From a virus, in IMG/VR virus record IMGVR_UViG_3300030098_004191, positions 1-64,000 of that record: a stretch of 64,000 nt of DNA. The stretch is one strand, 5' to 3'. The position numbers and the translations under genes are program-made. This document shows, piece by piece, positions 25,001 through 32,066 of the stretch (positions are counted from its first letter, which is position 1; every line of letters begins with the position of its first letter). Under the pieces are notes generated by a model that worked only from the letters and a program-made list of their open reading frames with translations, did not search any database and had not been told where the DNA came from.

Positions 25001-26515
25001 AATTCTTATAGTTTTATTGGTTGGAACATTACCAATTTTACCTGTTGCAACAACATTTTGCTCCCCACGACGCACAATATCAACATTATCACCTACTTTT
25101 AAGCTGGATTTATCTATTTCAGAGTATAAAGTGTATATTGAACCAGACCATTCCTTAATTTGATATCTTGAAGCAGTGTTATAAATCCATGAATTAGCAA
25201 GAATTTGCTTTTTAGTTGCATTTATTTCTGGATTTAATATACTCTCACCAAGGTTTTTAACAACAATTTCCTCACCTTCATTTGTTAATTTAATATCAGA
25301 AACAGGAACAAATTTTGATATAACTCCCGTTATACGTACCTCAGTTTTTTTAGTCAGATCTCCGTTCTCATATCCAAAATATACTTCATCAGCCCTCAAA
25401 TCTGAAGTTGTAGTAATTGCAGATCCTACATTAGTACATCCTAAGAATTGATTAATTGTCTTATCTGTGTAAGAAATTGCAGTATTAAGACCAGATATAA
25501 CAGTTCCTGTTACCCCAAATCCTATTGTAGAGTCTACAGTAATAACAGATGACCCTATAGAAACTGGTCCAATAACCTTTGTCTTACCTGGAATGGTAAA
25601 TGTACCTTGAATTAGATCTTGATCGTTATATCCAACAAATAAACCTATCTTATAATAAGATTTTGCACCTCTAGTAACAATTTCAACTTCTGATACTGAT
25701 GCTTGTGTACCAGAATCAGTGGATTTTCTAAGTGTTTGACCAACTAGATTATTAGGGTTGCCTGAAATTTGCTCTGCAAGTACGAGTTCTCGTCTAATAA
25801 ACTGAGCAGATGATGGTTTAATTAAAAATTGCTCCAAATCAACGATTTTTGGATCAATTCCGTATAAAACATTAAATAAAATCCTAAAAGATTCCTCAGT
25901 TCCTTTAGATTGGTATAAGGATCTAGCTTCTTTTATGAAATTTCCAGCATCAAGGCCAGTAACAAATGGAGTATCTTCTAACCCTGGAGTTAATTGTGCC
26001 TTGATTTTCTTATAAAATTCTTTTAAGAATAATGCACTTAAATTATGAACAACTGAATTCTGAGCATGTGCAGCAGAATCAGAGTTTGTGAACACCAATT
26101 CTCCTGGATTATTTGGTGCATGATATGTGGTAATTCCACTAAATCCACGTTGACAACCAGTAAAGGTATTGGTTGTTATACCAGTATATGTAAAAATTTC
26201 ACTGTCTACCTTAAATAGACCATATTCACTAGGAAATCCTTTTGTACTTTCAACATTTATTGTAGTATCTGCAGTACCAATACCTACGGAAAGAGTAGTT
26301 CCAGAATTAACTATTTTATCGGTAAAATTATCTAATTTTAAATATTCATTTAAATTATCAGTAAGATCAACAGTACCACCTTGAAATTCCTGAGAAATAT
26401 AATATTGTTTTAAAAAATCAACAGCCTTAGGACTTTCAGATAATACAAACTCAGGAAGCTGATTATCAATAATCTGCTGTATTTTTACCTTCTTATCAAA
26501 CCCAGTTGTGATCAT
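13019..26515 (-). CDS. gp7: Giant baseplate wedge initiator gp7-like protein (4498 aa) with YHYH-type domain and repeats
   Basis: Between gp6 and gp8; QLPEFV..FLKQYY, YQSKGTEESFRILF, DNNYYQNLSYTVKS..LLHTSG motifs; HSPIIGWAYDGNPIYGPYG. Confidence 0.88.
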   Translation of the reverse strand: MITTGFDKKVKIQQIIDNQLPEFVLSESPKAVDFLKQYYISQEFQGGTVDLTDNLNEYLKLDNFTDKIVNSGTTLSVGIGTADTTINVESTKGFPSEYGLFKVDSEIFTYTGITTNTFTGCQRGFSGITTYHAPNNPGELVFTNSDSAAHAQNSVVHNLSALFLKEFYKKIKAQLTPGLEDTPFVTGLDAGNFIKEARSLYQSKGTEESFRILFNVLYGIDPKIVDLEQFLIKPSSAQFIRRELVLAEQISGNPNNLVGQTLRKSTDSGTQASVSEVEIVTRGAKSYYKIGLFVGYNDQDLIQGTFTIPGKTKVIGPVSIGSSVITVDSTIGFGVTGTVISGLNTAISYTDKTINQFLGCTNVGSAITTTSDLRADEVYFGYENGDLTKKTEVRITGVISKFVPVSDIKLTNEGEEIVVKNLGESILNPEINATKKQILANSWIYNTASRYQIKEWSGSIYTLYSEIDKSSLKVGDNVDIVRRGEQNVVATGKIGNVPTNKTIRIDNFTLLPGISPLPETVNSEYDVRRQINKATSSGIEIDYGQNILTSDITNVYNDDDKNIYVASNSLPSYDINVSLASTTIPTSTDMVVAGYLQDQDTTTLRYNILSFPAPVPFITGDAVYYSPDSDPIDGLEEGTYYVKILSQPNQIKIYPSRSFIIPDADGTEKNIQLLSSTGNHTFTLNKQQNRKISAQGLLKKFPIETNIKSGKSTKTESGATGMLVNGVQIANYKTDDNIFYGPITHIDVLNGGTGYDVINLPDIVVSAADTISTGGIGNTAKIQPVISGSVEDILIDPQDYDIERVLSANISGGNGDGAVLEPVLTKRFRDVFFDARLSNRGGGVDLTDDTITFIGQHNLSNGQVLIYNSNGNSALSIGEVSNNANQNKFLQSGNKYWPKIVNSSTIKLYPTQSDYNAGINTVGFTSFTNTGTQKFRIYESKDTLYALKVINPGKGYTNRKLIVGETGISTVTSTVNFENHGFNDGDKILYSTAGTVISGLTAKTGITTTSNQYQVIKVDDHAFQLADAGIAGTITSNYVRKNYIKFGSNGVGLQNFEYPPVELNLDIEYSGEVGIITAVPVVRGSIIDTYVYDGGTGYGSTVLNLERKPIITIKNGKDASLKPIITNNAIGIGTTSGSITAIDIQFGGREYSSAPTLEVVGDGIGAKLRADITNGKITDVTIINPGINYTQNNTSIKVIAAGSNAILDSHVRKLTINNFDGNISGLLDSDKGIGYSYIGYSTSIGSVEFGDTGADHSPIIGWAYDGNPIYGPYGHTDPSDRNSPIRILRSGYTNTSGIVSDRPIGFNPGFFVEDYTFDNSGDLDENNGIFTKTPEYPQGAYVYVAGINSISTLPEFPYFIGDTYRSEPVSDNFLINQNNFDFGSSSLIRNTLPYKVSDKYADNDYLIESNEAIEQISLVESVKKGSVDSFDIVEGGTGYKVGEVAKFTTNSGIGGGLNATVSTITGKSILNIQTNIDTYQDVVMVWDSPNQISGYISTSHAFNETDNLTISGVSTFIKSLTDTHSIGIVTDRTVITKDIVANATAGIITDIYVSHIPDNVSVGSSIGIGTEKLLVLNTFDDNKVIRVKRGVVGSAHTASTLVDLIPSYFTLPVESPYFESKVDDIVYFNPSQALGVGTIAGIGSTSPYTIGEVQFTASTPTQSIYLPNHPFKTNQKVILTKGTSALQVSNTGATAFGIPMSGSDQILYVIKKSKDYIGVTTEVGLTTSTDGLFFHTKGSNEFEYSIKSDYTQVTAKVQKIDAKVTLTTPHSMSYGDIVHITANSDQSVGIGTSISVKLKYKNETLLVNPVLFAASNVSSTTNQITLAAHGFKTGDKVFYSANTAIGNLSKDTAYFVYRVDDDNIQLAETHYDVSNFPPTVINFSSTGGSSQELALINPPIPVINNNDLTFDTSDSSLNGYNVKFFHDADFNNEFVSTGSTDSFSVVGVGTSSNFNYSSTNPSRVYYTLEKSGFISTADTEVTNNSEINYVDSTYTGKYSIFGVGSTTFSVSLPEVPEVLSYTQTDTENLKYTTTSPTDIGGVDSLKLNFGGFGYNQLPHFVSIGSTQGINAEILPVSKNINRIGNVRIIDPGFEYSSDKTLRPEAFVPPKVSLINSYTIKAIDVTFGGTGYTNEPDLIIVDPTTGKQASTGILEAVMNGVTLNSVDIIEEPKGLTPIEQRIVAINNTNGVSVKSLDYDGTTGLTTCTLVTPITGFGIQPFNTGDKIFVEGLQSYVQGSGFNSEDYGYKFFTVSGYDSSGAADKVEWNMTGIATGISTSIVGLAQTAQNGFGSIVNYNSYPRFKSSQVPTKFLLGEDLLVLTNSQYTRVDLKVTESITNTIKIKGSYELEVGERILGALSGSVATVNEIVKNVARFDVDYSLRKDYGWSNDVGKLNEDFQVVPDNNYYQNLSYTVKSPITYEELVNPVNRLLHTSGLKNFADVGISSSVGVGSTANTNATTIVSDFIVENRVDTIHSFDMTKDVDILGTRSKFVEFKSKKLANYVLCKTNRVLTIDDISPLFSEAGTQYPYVDFSIEEGYSRFLVQVINPSTNDIESTEFITFGDSENTFVLEKGSVTNSSEKLGILSTINNVDNRTIRFTPTDIYNDDLDLKVVKNSFNNDLPGIGTQSIGYVDLTGVNATVGIGSTAELISRATTAVESYFASIEVINKSTNEKNLVEVVVTHDGTNSYIAEYYTDTSEYIGYASPSIGIITSKLASNVLSLQYENPTSGSELLVRSKIVGFGVTSAGIGTYRFKQSGQSDGSERSLRYDAEYHNIAAANPSTNYSINTGISSDVCSTVKNIVRVSSGNTSAVHQFLTVHNKDTVHTTSYPILSIGSTGGLGHFTSDYASGKIKLYFKPDSEVNGQPLEIQRFSEVVYTLNDDLNTAPELTYGTVREGLSLFRFNAFNGDRINKKDFPLKHNRVPIFEKIFNPADTNVLDPVTGIFTINDHFFATGEELVYTPNSTFIGIAGTHLQHASQTNLPTEVYAIRLTKDTFKLALTESNANSGTGVTFPSVGGGNAHELEMSKRSEKTLMSIDNVVQAPLAFTPVTTNLTNNGASISTSRTIFEVTGIATITSEDVIKIDNEYMQVTSVGLGTTALGPITNTGSANLIEVERGFVGTAPATHNHNATVRLYNGDFNIVGSTVYFASSPKGSSNTKKDNSNLDIVRSNFGGMVYLRNNYSKNVIFDDISEAFTGIGQTYRVSVGGGNTVGIETGSTLTLINGIFQKPSTDNNPDNNYSFIENSGISSITFTGVSSAVSGAQVISTSDVNQNNLPRGGVVVSVGSTGGLGIAPLVGAAVTVQINGSGGISTVGIATTGALNSFNWSYGSGYNTSTIAIGITDPAYAHTFISAAPGAVTGTGGPFTPTNATYVSETGVLTLTIPSHGRSSGNVQLVENSLTFTCSKDGHLTRHDYPRSTDPAGGNANLAITVVDANTISVNVGKAGGHTGTAAQITANIGAGGTITGFVINNAGSGYTKPKPIVPQPAYESLPVEGVFRRGLGNTTLTGIGLSVTLGMGPSIGIGSDNKFADAADLIEKNKLFIGDLAARRMKDKFTSYNYPSGFTEQDCIDDVVDVLEAVAYNLRYGGNDKTYDAANLFVNGVYSTPAPVTGEEQQVIYAFREAVDMANRAIRNVDVSAQVGAQYNHTFVSAPIAGGISIRNDGGVAIGATTPTTATYDAETGDLVLTVPNNIYPVHAPSTHTPSTAQYFHTTGNLKLTLNGHGFHTGDLVKIVPNSLTFTCARDNHATEHTYPRRSDPKYDTWVSIASTTVNTFTIDVGLPAANNQYAHTFKSSSTGSIQKASNLVRITTNSLRFTCDRDNNATNHDYPRTTDPIHNTNIAIAATAGNTFTVNVGVSDTALTTRTQVFDDTITYDPGNCANVQSAITTLVGIVTDVVLTHNAAQLPSTRTVSSLSLSDVKTFRITNPGYSFEVGDVIRPVGVVTDRSLTHIRDDFELEILEIFNDSYASWNVGEFDYIDTIKNLQNGRRTRFPLFYNGELLSFEIDELDPQSSLIDPKSLLMIYVNGILQIPGEAFTFEGGTSFVFTEAPDADDNIAIFFYKGTDIDGGNANDVEQVTDVVPTLKMGDSVQIFKHNGISTTVNQDVRTVYDIQSSDTIETNLYSKQGVDDVNYKPLSWIKQKTDRTINGDLVSKSRDSIEGQVYPTARIIGDLKPTDDFVWIDQNARSLFLYENTTLKNGGSAAGISVDSAGGIIVDGSNPVAAGLTAIVATNGTISSLDITSGGSGYSGSVTVKIANPFSVGMTTTFVPDGTNTVSGIGSTATATLSLTNGVVTGSSIVNPGFGYSQAHPPQVIAQAPTFSSEIVTKISTFNGATGIITGISTSVGIGTTLAVRFFVGGAYALTDNQPIYICDTTIGTGVTSIYTNDDDVVSTGTTFLNNIYLVSEFDTNAGVITCNVHSDSPVVGLSTQGTRPVGKFSWGKLSGFTRTGVPPIGLGVTGFTNGQSGLSTYPTIQRRGFGLRNNGPLRKSL

Positions 26516-28437
26516 CCTCTTATTAAATCTCCGTTTGTATAACTTGAAGTAACTTTATAACCAACACCCGATATTTGTTCACCAGAAGTGATGGTGTCTT
26601 TAACCATATTTATCGTACTATTAGAAATGTCAAAAACAAGGTATAAATCCTTAAGTCCAAGAACATCATTAGACTCTGGAACTGCTTGAATTTCTATAAT
26701 ATTATTAATTCTGCTCGTTTCTGTTATATTAATAGTTGTTAAAATAACTTCTCCTTTAAAATAATCTACAGTTCCAGCTGATTTAACAACTACTACTTTA
26801 TCACCAGTTTGTAAATCTTCTCTAACAATAGCAATATCACCCATATTACTACCATCTAAATTCCCATCTAGATCTTTTTTAGGTATATCTGTTAGATAAA
26901 GAAGATTGGAGTTTCCAGCAACTTTAAAACCAGTACTCTTAATATTTAATCCTTTTGGATTAATATGGAATTTATTACCGAAACAGAGTTCATATTGGGC
27001 AAATGTATTTAAAACTGCCTTTAAATTTCTTCTAATTGTAACTCTAGTAATGTTAGAAGTAATTCCTTTATCAATACCATCAATAATATTCAATACTTTA
27101 CTATATTTAAATCTACCACCAAACTTATTAATATCATTTGAATCAGCATATGTAGTCAATCCATCCATAACTCTAGTCTTAAGATCACTTGCTTTCTCAA
27201 CTGCAGCAGTATTGTAGTAAACAAAACTATCAACCTCAACATAAAGTACCTTAAGATCTAATATCTTCTGATTAATACCAGCAAGTGAATATGACTTCAA
27301 TTTAGTAAGGATTTGTTCCTTATCAAAATCAGATACTGTATCACCATTTTTTGGCTTAATTGTAAGTAGAACTGTACCAAATTGTGGTGGATCTAACTCC
27401 TCACCACCCACAACAGAGACTGATTCAGTATTTGGATAGATTGTTTGTATTATTGATTCATAATCTCTTGCTGTAACTGCTCTATATTGTGCAGAATACA
27501 GTCTAGGAGCGAAGTATTTAACAGAATCGATTGGTTCAATATCACCACCATTAATAGCACCTTGTACGGTTGTTATGGCAGGAGTAGAGTTTATTGTAAG
27601 TAAATTACCTAAAGAATCACTTATACTACCTGTATAAGAGAAATTAGCAGGTCCATTACCCGATTTTCCATTTGTAAGGATATAATCTACAGTAATTTCA
27701 TTACCATCTTCTAATTTTTTACCAAAAATACCATCACCAAAGAGTAATTCATACTTCTCATCTTGTATCTCTTGTAACAAATATGTCTCAGATGTGTTAG
27801 TAATACCTATAATATTGTCAATTTTCTTATATTCTGGTCCAATTCCAACATCTCCTACACCTTTCACGTAAACTACGATAGTAGCAGTGTCAATAAATGG
27901 ATTATCTAGTACAAATCTCTGGTCTAATGACCCATCTACTGTGAATTGATTCCTTACATATGTACCTTCATAGACTGTAATTGGATCAGTACCAGTACCA
28001 AAGGTGGCAATTCCAGTTACACTATCAACATTTGATGTAATACTTTCAGGTATAGAGAATGTATATGTAGTATCTTCTTGAGCACCAACACACACCAGAC
28101 CTGCCTGTAAGGTCGCTGTAGGAGTAGCAGTGCTTACACCAACCTCAAACGCTATATTTGCTGTAGAAGCAGTCCTAGAACGTGGTACATACCCTATATT
28201 TCTTGCTAATGATACTACATTTTCACGTAATACTGCTGAATCCAAAAAGGATTCATTAACAGTCATATTAGAGTTAAATGCAGTAATGTAAGTATTATAT
28301 GCCAGAGTATCAATTATAACCGACATATTCGACCCTTCATAGTCAAAATCAGTAAAATCTGAGTTTGCACGAAGATAATCTTTTATCGATTCTTTAATTT
28401 GATCAAAATCGAGGTTTGTGTACTTGGTAAAAGGCAT
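26512..28437 (-). CDS. gp6: Baseplate wedge protein gp6
   Basis: LDFDQIKESIKDYL..FTDFDYEGS..LAYNTY, YELLFGDGIFG, RAVTARDY. Confidence 0.95.
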   Translation of the reverse strand: MPFTKYTNLDFDQIKESIKDYLRANSDFTDFDYEGSNMSVIIDTLAYNTYITAFNSNMTVNESFLDSAVLRENVVSLARNIGYVPRSRTASTANIAFEVGVSTATPTATLQAGLVCVGAQEDTTYTFSIPESITSNVDSVTGIATFGTGTDPITVYEGTYVRNQFTVDGSLDQRFVLDNPFIDTATIVVYVKGVGDVGIGPEYKKIDNIIGITNTSETYLLQEIQDEKYELLFGDGIFGKKLEDGNEITVDYILTNGKSGNGPANFSYTGSISDSLGNLLTINSTPAITTVQGAINGGDIEPIDSVKYFAPRLYSAQYRAVTARDYESIIQTIYPNTESVSVVGGEELDPPQFGTVLLTIKPKNGDTVSDFDKEQILTKLKSYSLAGINQKILDLKVLYVEVDSFVYYNTAAVEKASDLKTRVMDGLTTYADSNDINKFGGRFKYSKVLNIIDGIDKGITSNITRVTIRRNLKAVLNTFAQYELCFGNKFHINPKGLNIKSTGFKVAGNSNLLYLTDIPKKDLDGNLDGSNMGDIAIVREDLQTGDKVVVVKSAGTVDYFKGEVILTTINITETSRINNIIEIQAVPESNDVLGLKDLYLVFDISNSTINMVKDTITSGEQISGVGYKVTSSYTNGDLIRG

Positions 28438-28438
28438 A

Positions 28439-28840
28439 TTATCTTGTTGCTTCTAGCATAAACGTAAATTCTTGGGTTGGAAAATCTTGTCCTACAATAT
28501 TAAAAAAGACATCAACTTCAAATTCATTCGTATCTGGCCTTGGTAATACCTCAATACTTACATCATCTATTCTTGGTTCAAAGTTTTGTAGTGTAATCTC
28601 TATTTCACGCTGTATTGACGATGCAGTACCATAATCACATAGGTCAAATAACTTAGAACGAACCTCAGAACCTAAGAGAGAATTAAAGAATCTTTCGGTT
28701 GGTATTGTTTGTACCAAATTCCTTACAGCCTTCTTAATTGCATTCTCATTTTTAAGGACTAACAGGTCATTAGTCACTGGATGTCTGTCAAAAGATAGAC
28801 TAATATCTTTAAATGCTCTTGATATCCGAGTAACTGCCAT
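28439..28840 (-). CDS. gp25: Baseplate wedge subunit gp25
   Basis: AIKKAVRNLVQT..ERFF..LGS..FEPRI; upstream of gp6. Confidence 0.93.
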   Translation of the reverse strand: MAVTRISRAFKDISLSFDRHPVTNDLLVLKNENAIKKAVRNLVQTIPTERFFNSLLGSEVRSKLFDLCDYGTASSIQREIEITLQNFEPRIDDVSIEVLPRPDTNEFEVDVFFNIVGQDFPTQEFTFMLEATR

Positions 28841-28862
28841 TGAATTAGAGTTTTTCCTGATT

Positions 28863-28900
28863 TATTTATGTCGGAAATATGAATTAATACTCTATTTATT
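28863..28900 (-). promoter_or_regulatory. Two late-promoter-like boxes (CATAAATA 28863-28870; AATAAATA 28893-28900)
   Basis: NATAAATA variants upstream of gp25. Confidence 0.7.
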
Positions 28901-28924
28901 AAAAAAACGCCTCTTTCGAGACGC
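28901..28924 (-). terminator. Rho-independent terminator
   Basis: GCGTCTC-GAAA-GAGGCGT followed by a T-run on the minus strand. Confidence 0.85.
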
Positions 28925-28940
28925 TTTCGGGGGTTTTCTT

Positions 28941-29087
28941 CTATTTTCCCTGCCCTCTAGACTTCTTTCGAGCCGAGTTACGGGAGGTTGCGGCATATTT
29001 CGTGTGTTTTCCTTGCCCTTGTCGAGTCTTTTTCGGGGTCGATTCCAACTCAACGGTTCCCCATGTACCTGTTTTTGCTTTTGCCAT
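28941..29087 (-). CDS. Small basic hypothetical protein (48 aa; not in ORF track)
   Basis: MAKAKTGTWGTVELESTPKKTRQGQGKHTKYAATSRNSARKKSRGQGK; packs between the 29089 ORF and the terminator. Confidence 0.75.
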   Translation of the reverse strand: MAKAKTGTWGTVELESTPKKTRQGQGKHTKYAATSRNSARKKSRGQGK

Positions 29088-29088
29088 G

Positions 29089-29289
29089 TTACTTTTTCTT
29101 AGTGACCTTTGCGATTGTGTCTGATGGTAATAGTGCCGTGACTACTATACCTAATAAAACTGAGAGTAATATCTTAGTAGACAGTAATTGTAGCACAAAA
29201 ATTACTAATGTGCTTATACCAAAGAGTCCCCACTTTTCTTTGACATATTTAATAACCTTTTCAACGGTTAATGATGACTTAGTAGTCAT
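29089..29289 (-). CDS. Small membrane protein
   Basis: Two hydrophobic segments flanked by basic residues; GGAG SD upstream. Confidence 0.7.
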   Translation of the reverse strand: MTTKSSLTVEKVIKYVKEKWGLFGISTLVIFVLQLLSTKILLSVLLGIVVTALLPSDTIAKVTKKK

Positions 29290-29455
29290 TGTTCTTCTCC
29301 TTGTTAATTTTATAAGAGATGTCGTTTGGATGTGGAGTACCTGTCTGATAAAATTCTATCGACAGATCCTCCATAAGATCGAAGTACTCCATTCTAGTCA
29401 GAGAATTGAACTTCTCTTTACCATTAATATAAACAGTGTACGTTTCGCCTGACAT
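29279..29455 (-). CDS. Hypothetical protein (58 aa; not in ORF track)
   Basis: MSGETYTVYINGKEKFNSLTRMEYFDLMEDLSIEFYQTGTPHPNDISY...; abuts the upstream stop. Confidence 0.7.
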   Translation of the reverse strand: MSGETYTVYINGKEKFNSLTRMEYFDLMEDLSIEFYQTGTPHPNDISYKINKEKNNDY

Positions 29456-30208
29456 CTAAATCACCCTTGTTTTCTCGTGACCAACTCTAATACGTGGATC
29501 ACACCAAATATCAAAGCCTGCTTCCTTAGCATCTAGGCAGAAACTCACATCTTCTCCACACATATCCTGTACTTCACCTGATTCAAAGACTTGCATCTTA
29601 GGAGCAAACCAAGGATAAGGCATACCTTCATCTTCAAATACACCTTTCTTGATTAATAACCAACCAAAACCAGTGTAGTCTACAGTGAAAGGCTTCTTAC
29701 GCTTAGTAATACTTTCAGTAGTTTCATGATTCATAACACCACCAGACTTTCTGAAGTCTTCTTCCTCTAACCAGTGTGCAACAGAAGTAGTTCTTCCATC
29801 CTCTGTAACATACCAACCACCAGCAATATCCTTATCCATAAGAACTAATTGCCAGAACTTCTCAGGACTGAATACTATATCACTATCAATCCATAACTGA
29901 TAATCATAATTAAGTTTTCCATCCCAAGGTAATTGATTAGGTCCACGTAAAACGTTCGCACCAAGACATTTACATCTTGCGAAGTTCACCATAGAACTAT
30001 AATCCTGTGAAATTTGTATTGAAGCACCACTTTGTACCAAATCAAAACAAAGTTGAACAAAAGATTTCAAGAAGGTATATGATACACCTCTTCCAGGTAG
30101 ACAGAACACCACTGTCTTACCTTTGATCATTTCTTTTGCCTTGGCATAATCCCACTCTGGTGCTTTTGTAGTAGGAGTCTTTGCTTTAACTGTAAATCCT
30201 TTTGCCAT
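29456..30208 (-). CDS. Conserved cyanophage protein, GT-A glycosyltransferase-like
   Basis: WIDSDIVF (DxD), TGFGWLLI, GEDVSFC, VGHEK. Confidence 0.7.
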   Translation of the reverse strand: MAKGFTVKAKTPTTKAPEWDYAKAKEMIKGKTVVFCLPGRGVSYTFLKSFVQLCFDLVQSGASIQISQDYSSMVNFARCKCLGANVLRGPNQLPWDGKLNYDYQLWIDSDIVFSPEKFWQLVLMDKDIAGGWYVTEDGRTTSVAHWLEEEDFRKSGGVMNHETTESITKRKKPFTVDYTGFGWLLIKKGVFEDEGMPYPWFAPKMQVFESGEVQDMCGEDVSFCLDAKEAGFDIWCDPRIRVGHEKTRVI

Positions 30209-30230
30209 GACGTATTGTAATTACCTTTGT

Positions 30231-30259
30231 ATTATACATCAATCTCTTCGTAACGTCAA
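30231..30259 (-). promoter_or_regulatory. Sigma70-type promoter TTGACG-N17-TATAAT
   Basis: Near-consensus with a 17-nt spacer, just upstream of the ATG at 30208. Confidence 0.8.
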
Positions 30260-30426
30260 TCCTTTTCTGTGATTATTACTTCCTTTCCGTCTACCTTAAA
30301 GTGAACCTCTGTATCTTCATACCAATTCATATCATTGATCACCCATTCAGGTATTTTAACATAAAACTCCCCTGTTATATTATCGACTTCTAGGGGCGAA
30401 AAATTTTCTGGGGAATTTTTTTGCAT
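30256..30426 (-). CDS. AbrB/MazE-like small DNA-binding protein (probable start 30426)
   Basis: FYVKIPEWVINDMNWYEDTEVHFKVDGKEVII swapped-hairpin pattern; the upstream extension crosses A/T tracts. Confidence 0.65.
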   Translation of the reverse strand: MQKNSPENFSPLEVDNITGEFYVKIPEWVINDMNWYEDTEVHFKVDGKEVIITEKD

Positions 30427-30540
30427 AAGACGGATTATTTTTGAATTTACGGTATATAGAATTTTTTTAAAATCAAAAAAATTTTTATATCGCTTCCGTA
30501 ACACTTTATAGCTTAGGGGATCCACGAAAATTAACATTTA

Positions 30541-30594
30541 AGGGGCATAATCACCAACGACTGTCTAATAACGAACGAATGGTGATTAGCCCCT
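30541..30594. repeat. Inverted repeat / hairpin AGGGGC-A-TAATCACCA...TGGTGATTA-GCCCCT
   Basis: 15-bp stem with one bulge, directly 3' of the DUF6267-like gene. Confidence 0.75.
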
Positions 30595-30606
30595 GCTAAG
30601 TGTTAA

Positions 30607-31584
30607 TTAAGCAACTACAATCTGTTTTGATTTCTTTTTACTTACACCTGCAAACTTATCATTATTAAAGTTATAATAAGAGAAGAGATTGCGTCTGACT
30701 AATTTATAACAACCGTATTCAGTATTCATAACAAAACCCTCTGCAATTATGGGTTGATTGTAGTTAATGAAAGAATCGAAATTACCCTCATGGAAACAAT
30801 CACTTAGTGCCATACGTTTTATATCCCTAACTATTAACCAGAGTTCAATTAGGTTTGTATCACATAGACCCTCAAATAATTCGGGTTTAATATCATTTTC
30901 AGTACGGATCAAATAGTTAAGATTGATCTTTAATTTCTTTGCTTTATTATCATCTACGAACTGAACAGTTTGTGATACTTTCTTTGCCCAATCTATCCAC
31001 CCTTTAAGATCATAAAAGGCATCTAATTTCTCTCCATAATTAGCACCGTAACCAGGGCGAATATATGCCTTTGGTTGTACATAATGTACGAAGGAATTAC
31101 TCTCTAATGTATTAGTTAATGGAGAGGCGATTGCATCACGTAAATTATTAGTTTGTGTATGATATTGTGTATGTGGGGCTATTACTAACTTAGCATCAAT
31201 TTGCTCTGGAAACTTATAAGTTATTGTGTTAGGTCTGTAATTCTTAGCACCACCTAACCCGATGAAATCACCCTGATAAATGTTATTAGTTATGGGCAAA
31301 TATGAGAGGCAATGATATAATATATGGCGTAAACTTCCAGTGTAATACTTATCAATATCTTCAGTAGATTCGCATATCTTAATTAACTTTTTATTGAACA
31401 CGGATTTAGTGCCTACAAATTGTCTATTAGTGGCAGGATTACGTCCCCAAACTATACTTGGAGCACCGTCAATCTTAACGCTAAGTATTAATGAAGGCAG
31501 TAAAAAAGCATCTAATACTGATAAATTACCAGTTAAGATGCTGTCTTCGGGGTGTTCAATGTGAAGGTTTAAGTTTTTAGTCAT
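30607..31584 (-). CDS. DUF6267-like protein, covalent nucleotidyltransferase (ligase-like) motifs
   Basis: HIEHPED N-terminus; SVKIDGAP (KxDG), YQGDF, AEGFVM, YKLV in ligase motif order. Confidence 0.7.
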   Translation of the reverse strand: MTKNLNLHIEHPEDSILTGNLSVLDAFLLPSLILSVKIDGAPSIVWGRNPATNRQFVGTKSVFNKKLIKICESTEDIDKYYTGSLRHILYHCLSYLPITNNIYQGDFIGLGGAKNYRPNTITYKFPEQIDAKLVIAPHTQYHTQTNNLRDAIASPLTNTLESNSFVHYVQPKAYIRPGYGANYGEKLDAFYDLKGWIDWAKKVSQTVQFVDDNKAKKLKINLNYLIRTENDIKPELFEGLCDTNLIELWLIVRDIKRMALSDCFHEGNFDSFINYNQPIIAEGFVMNTEYGCYKLVRRNLFSYYNFNNDKFAGVSKKKSKQIVVA

Positions 31585-31613
31585 AGAAAAAACGAAGGTA
31601 AAAAAACTGTTGT

Positions 31614-31701
31614 AGGTTGATTAAGTCTTTATCAGTCTAGCAATACACACTTCTGAAAGAGTGGCATGTATGCCCCTGATAACCTAACTTAACCCCCCCA
31701 C
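31614..31701 (-). ncRNA. Putative structured leader/small RNA upstream of the DUF6267-like gene
   Basis: Nested stems GGUUAAGUU/GACUUAAUC, UUAUCAG/CUGAUAA, GCAUACA/UGUAUUGC, CACU/AGUG right after an early -10. Confidence 0.6.
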
Positions 31702-31754
31702 TCTTTTATAATACCAATAAAAAACCCCCTGTGGGGGGTTTAGTGGACACTTTC

Positions 31755-31985
31755 TTAAGTGGTTAGTGCGTCAAGTGTTTCCTGGGGAACTGTGGTAGCA
31801 TTAACGCCCTGTAACCACTTGTTAATGTGACGGGATGTTGTGACGGACCATTTGGTAGCAGTTCTTACGTATTTTGCCTGATCTGCTAGGTATGCTGCCA
31901 CGGGTGTTCTGTAAGAGAAAAATACCTGTGTGCCGTTACTGAGTGTGAGTTCAGTTTGGTTTGCTGCAATAGGGCGAAGTTGCAT
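31755..31985 (-). CDS. Conserved phage early hypothetical protein
   Basis: FFSYRTPVAA..WSVTTSRHINKWL motif; AGGAG SD. Confidence 0.8.
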   Translation of the reverse strand: MQLRPIAANQTELTLSNGTQVFFSYRTPVAAYLADQAKYVRTATKWSVTTSRHINKWLQGVNATTVPQETLDALTT

Positions 31986-32066
31986 AGATGCTCCTTTTGA
32001 TTACTTTCTTATAATACCAATAAAAAAACCCCCTGTGGGGGTTCGGTGGTCAGTTTGTGAACTGGT

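Noticed and set aside
4282-26515. Inteins or introns in the giant structural genes
   Set aside because: ORFs are uninterrupted and no intein splice motifs or homing endonuclease signatures were seen
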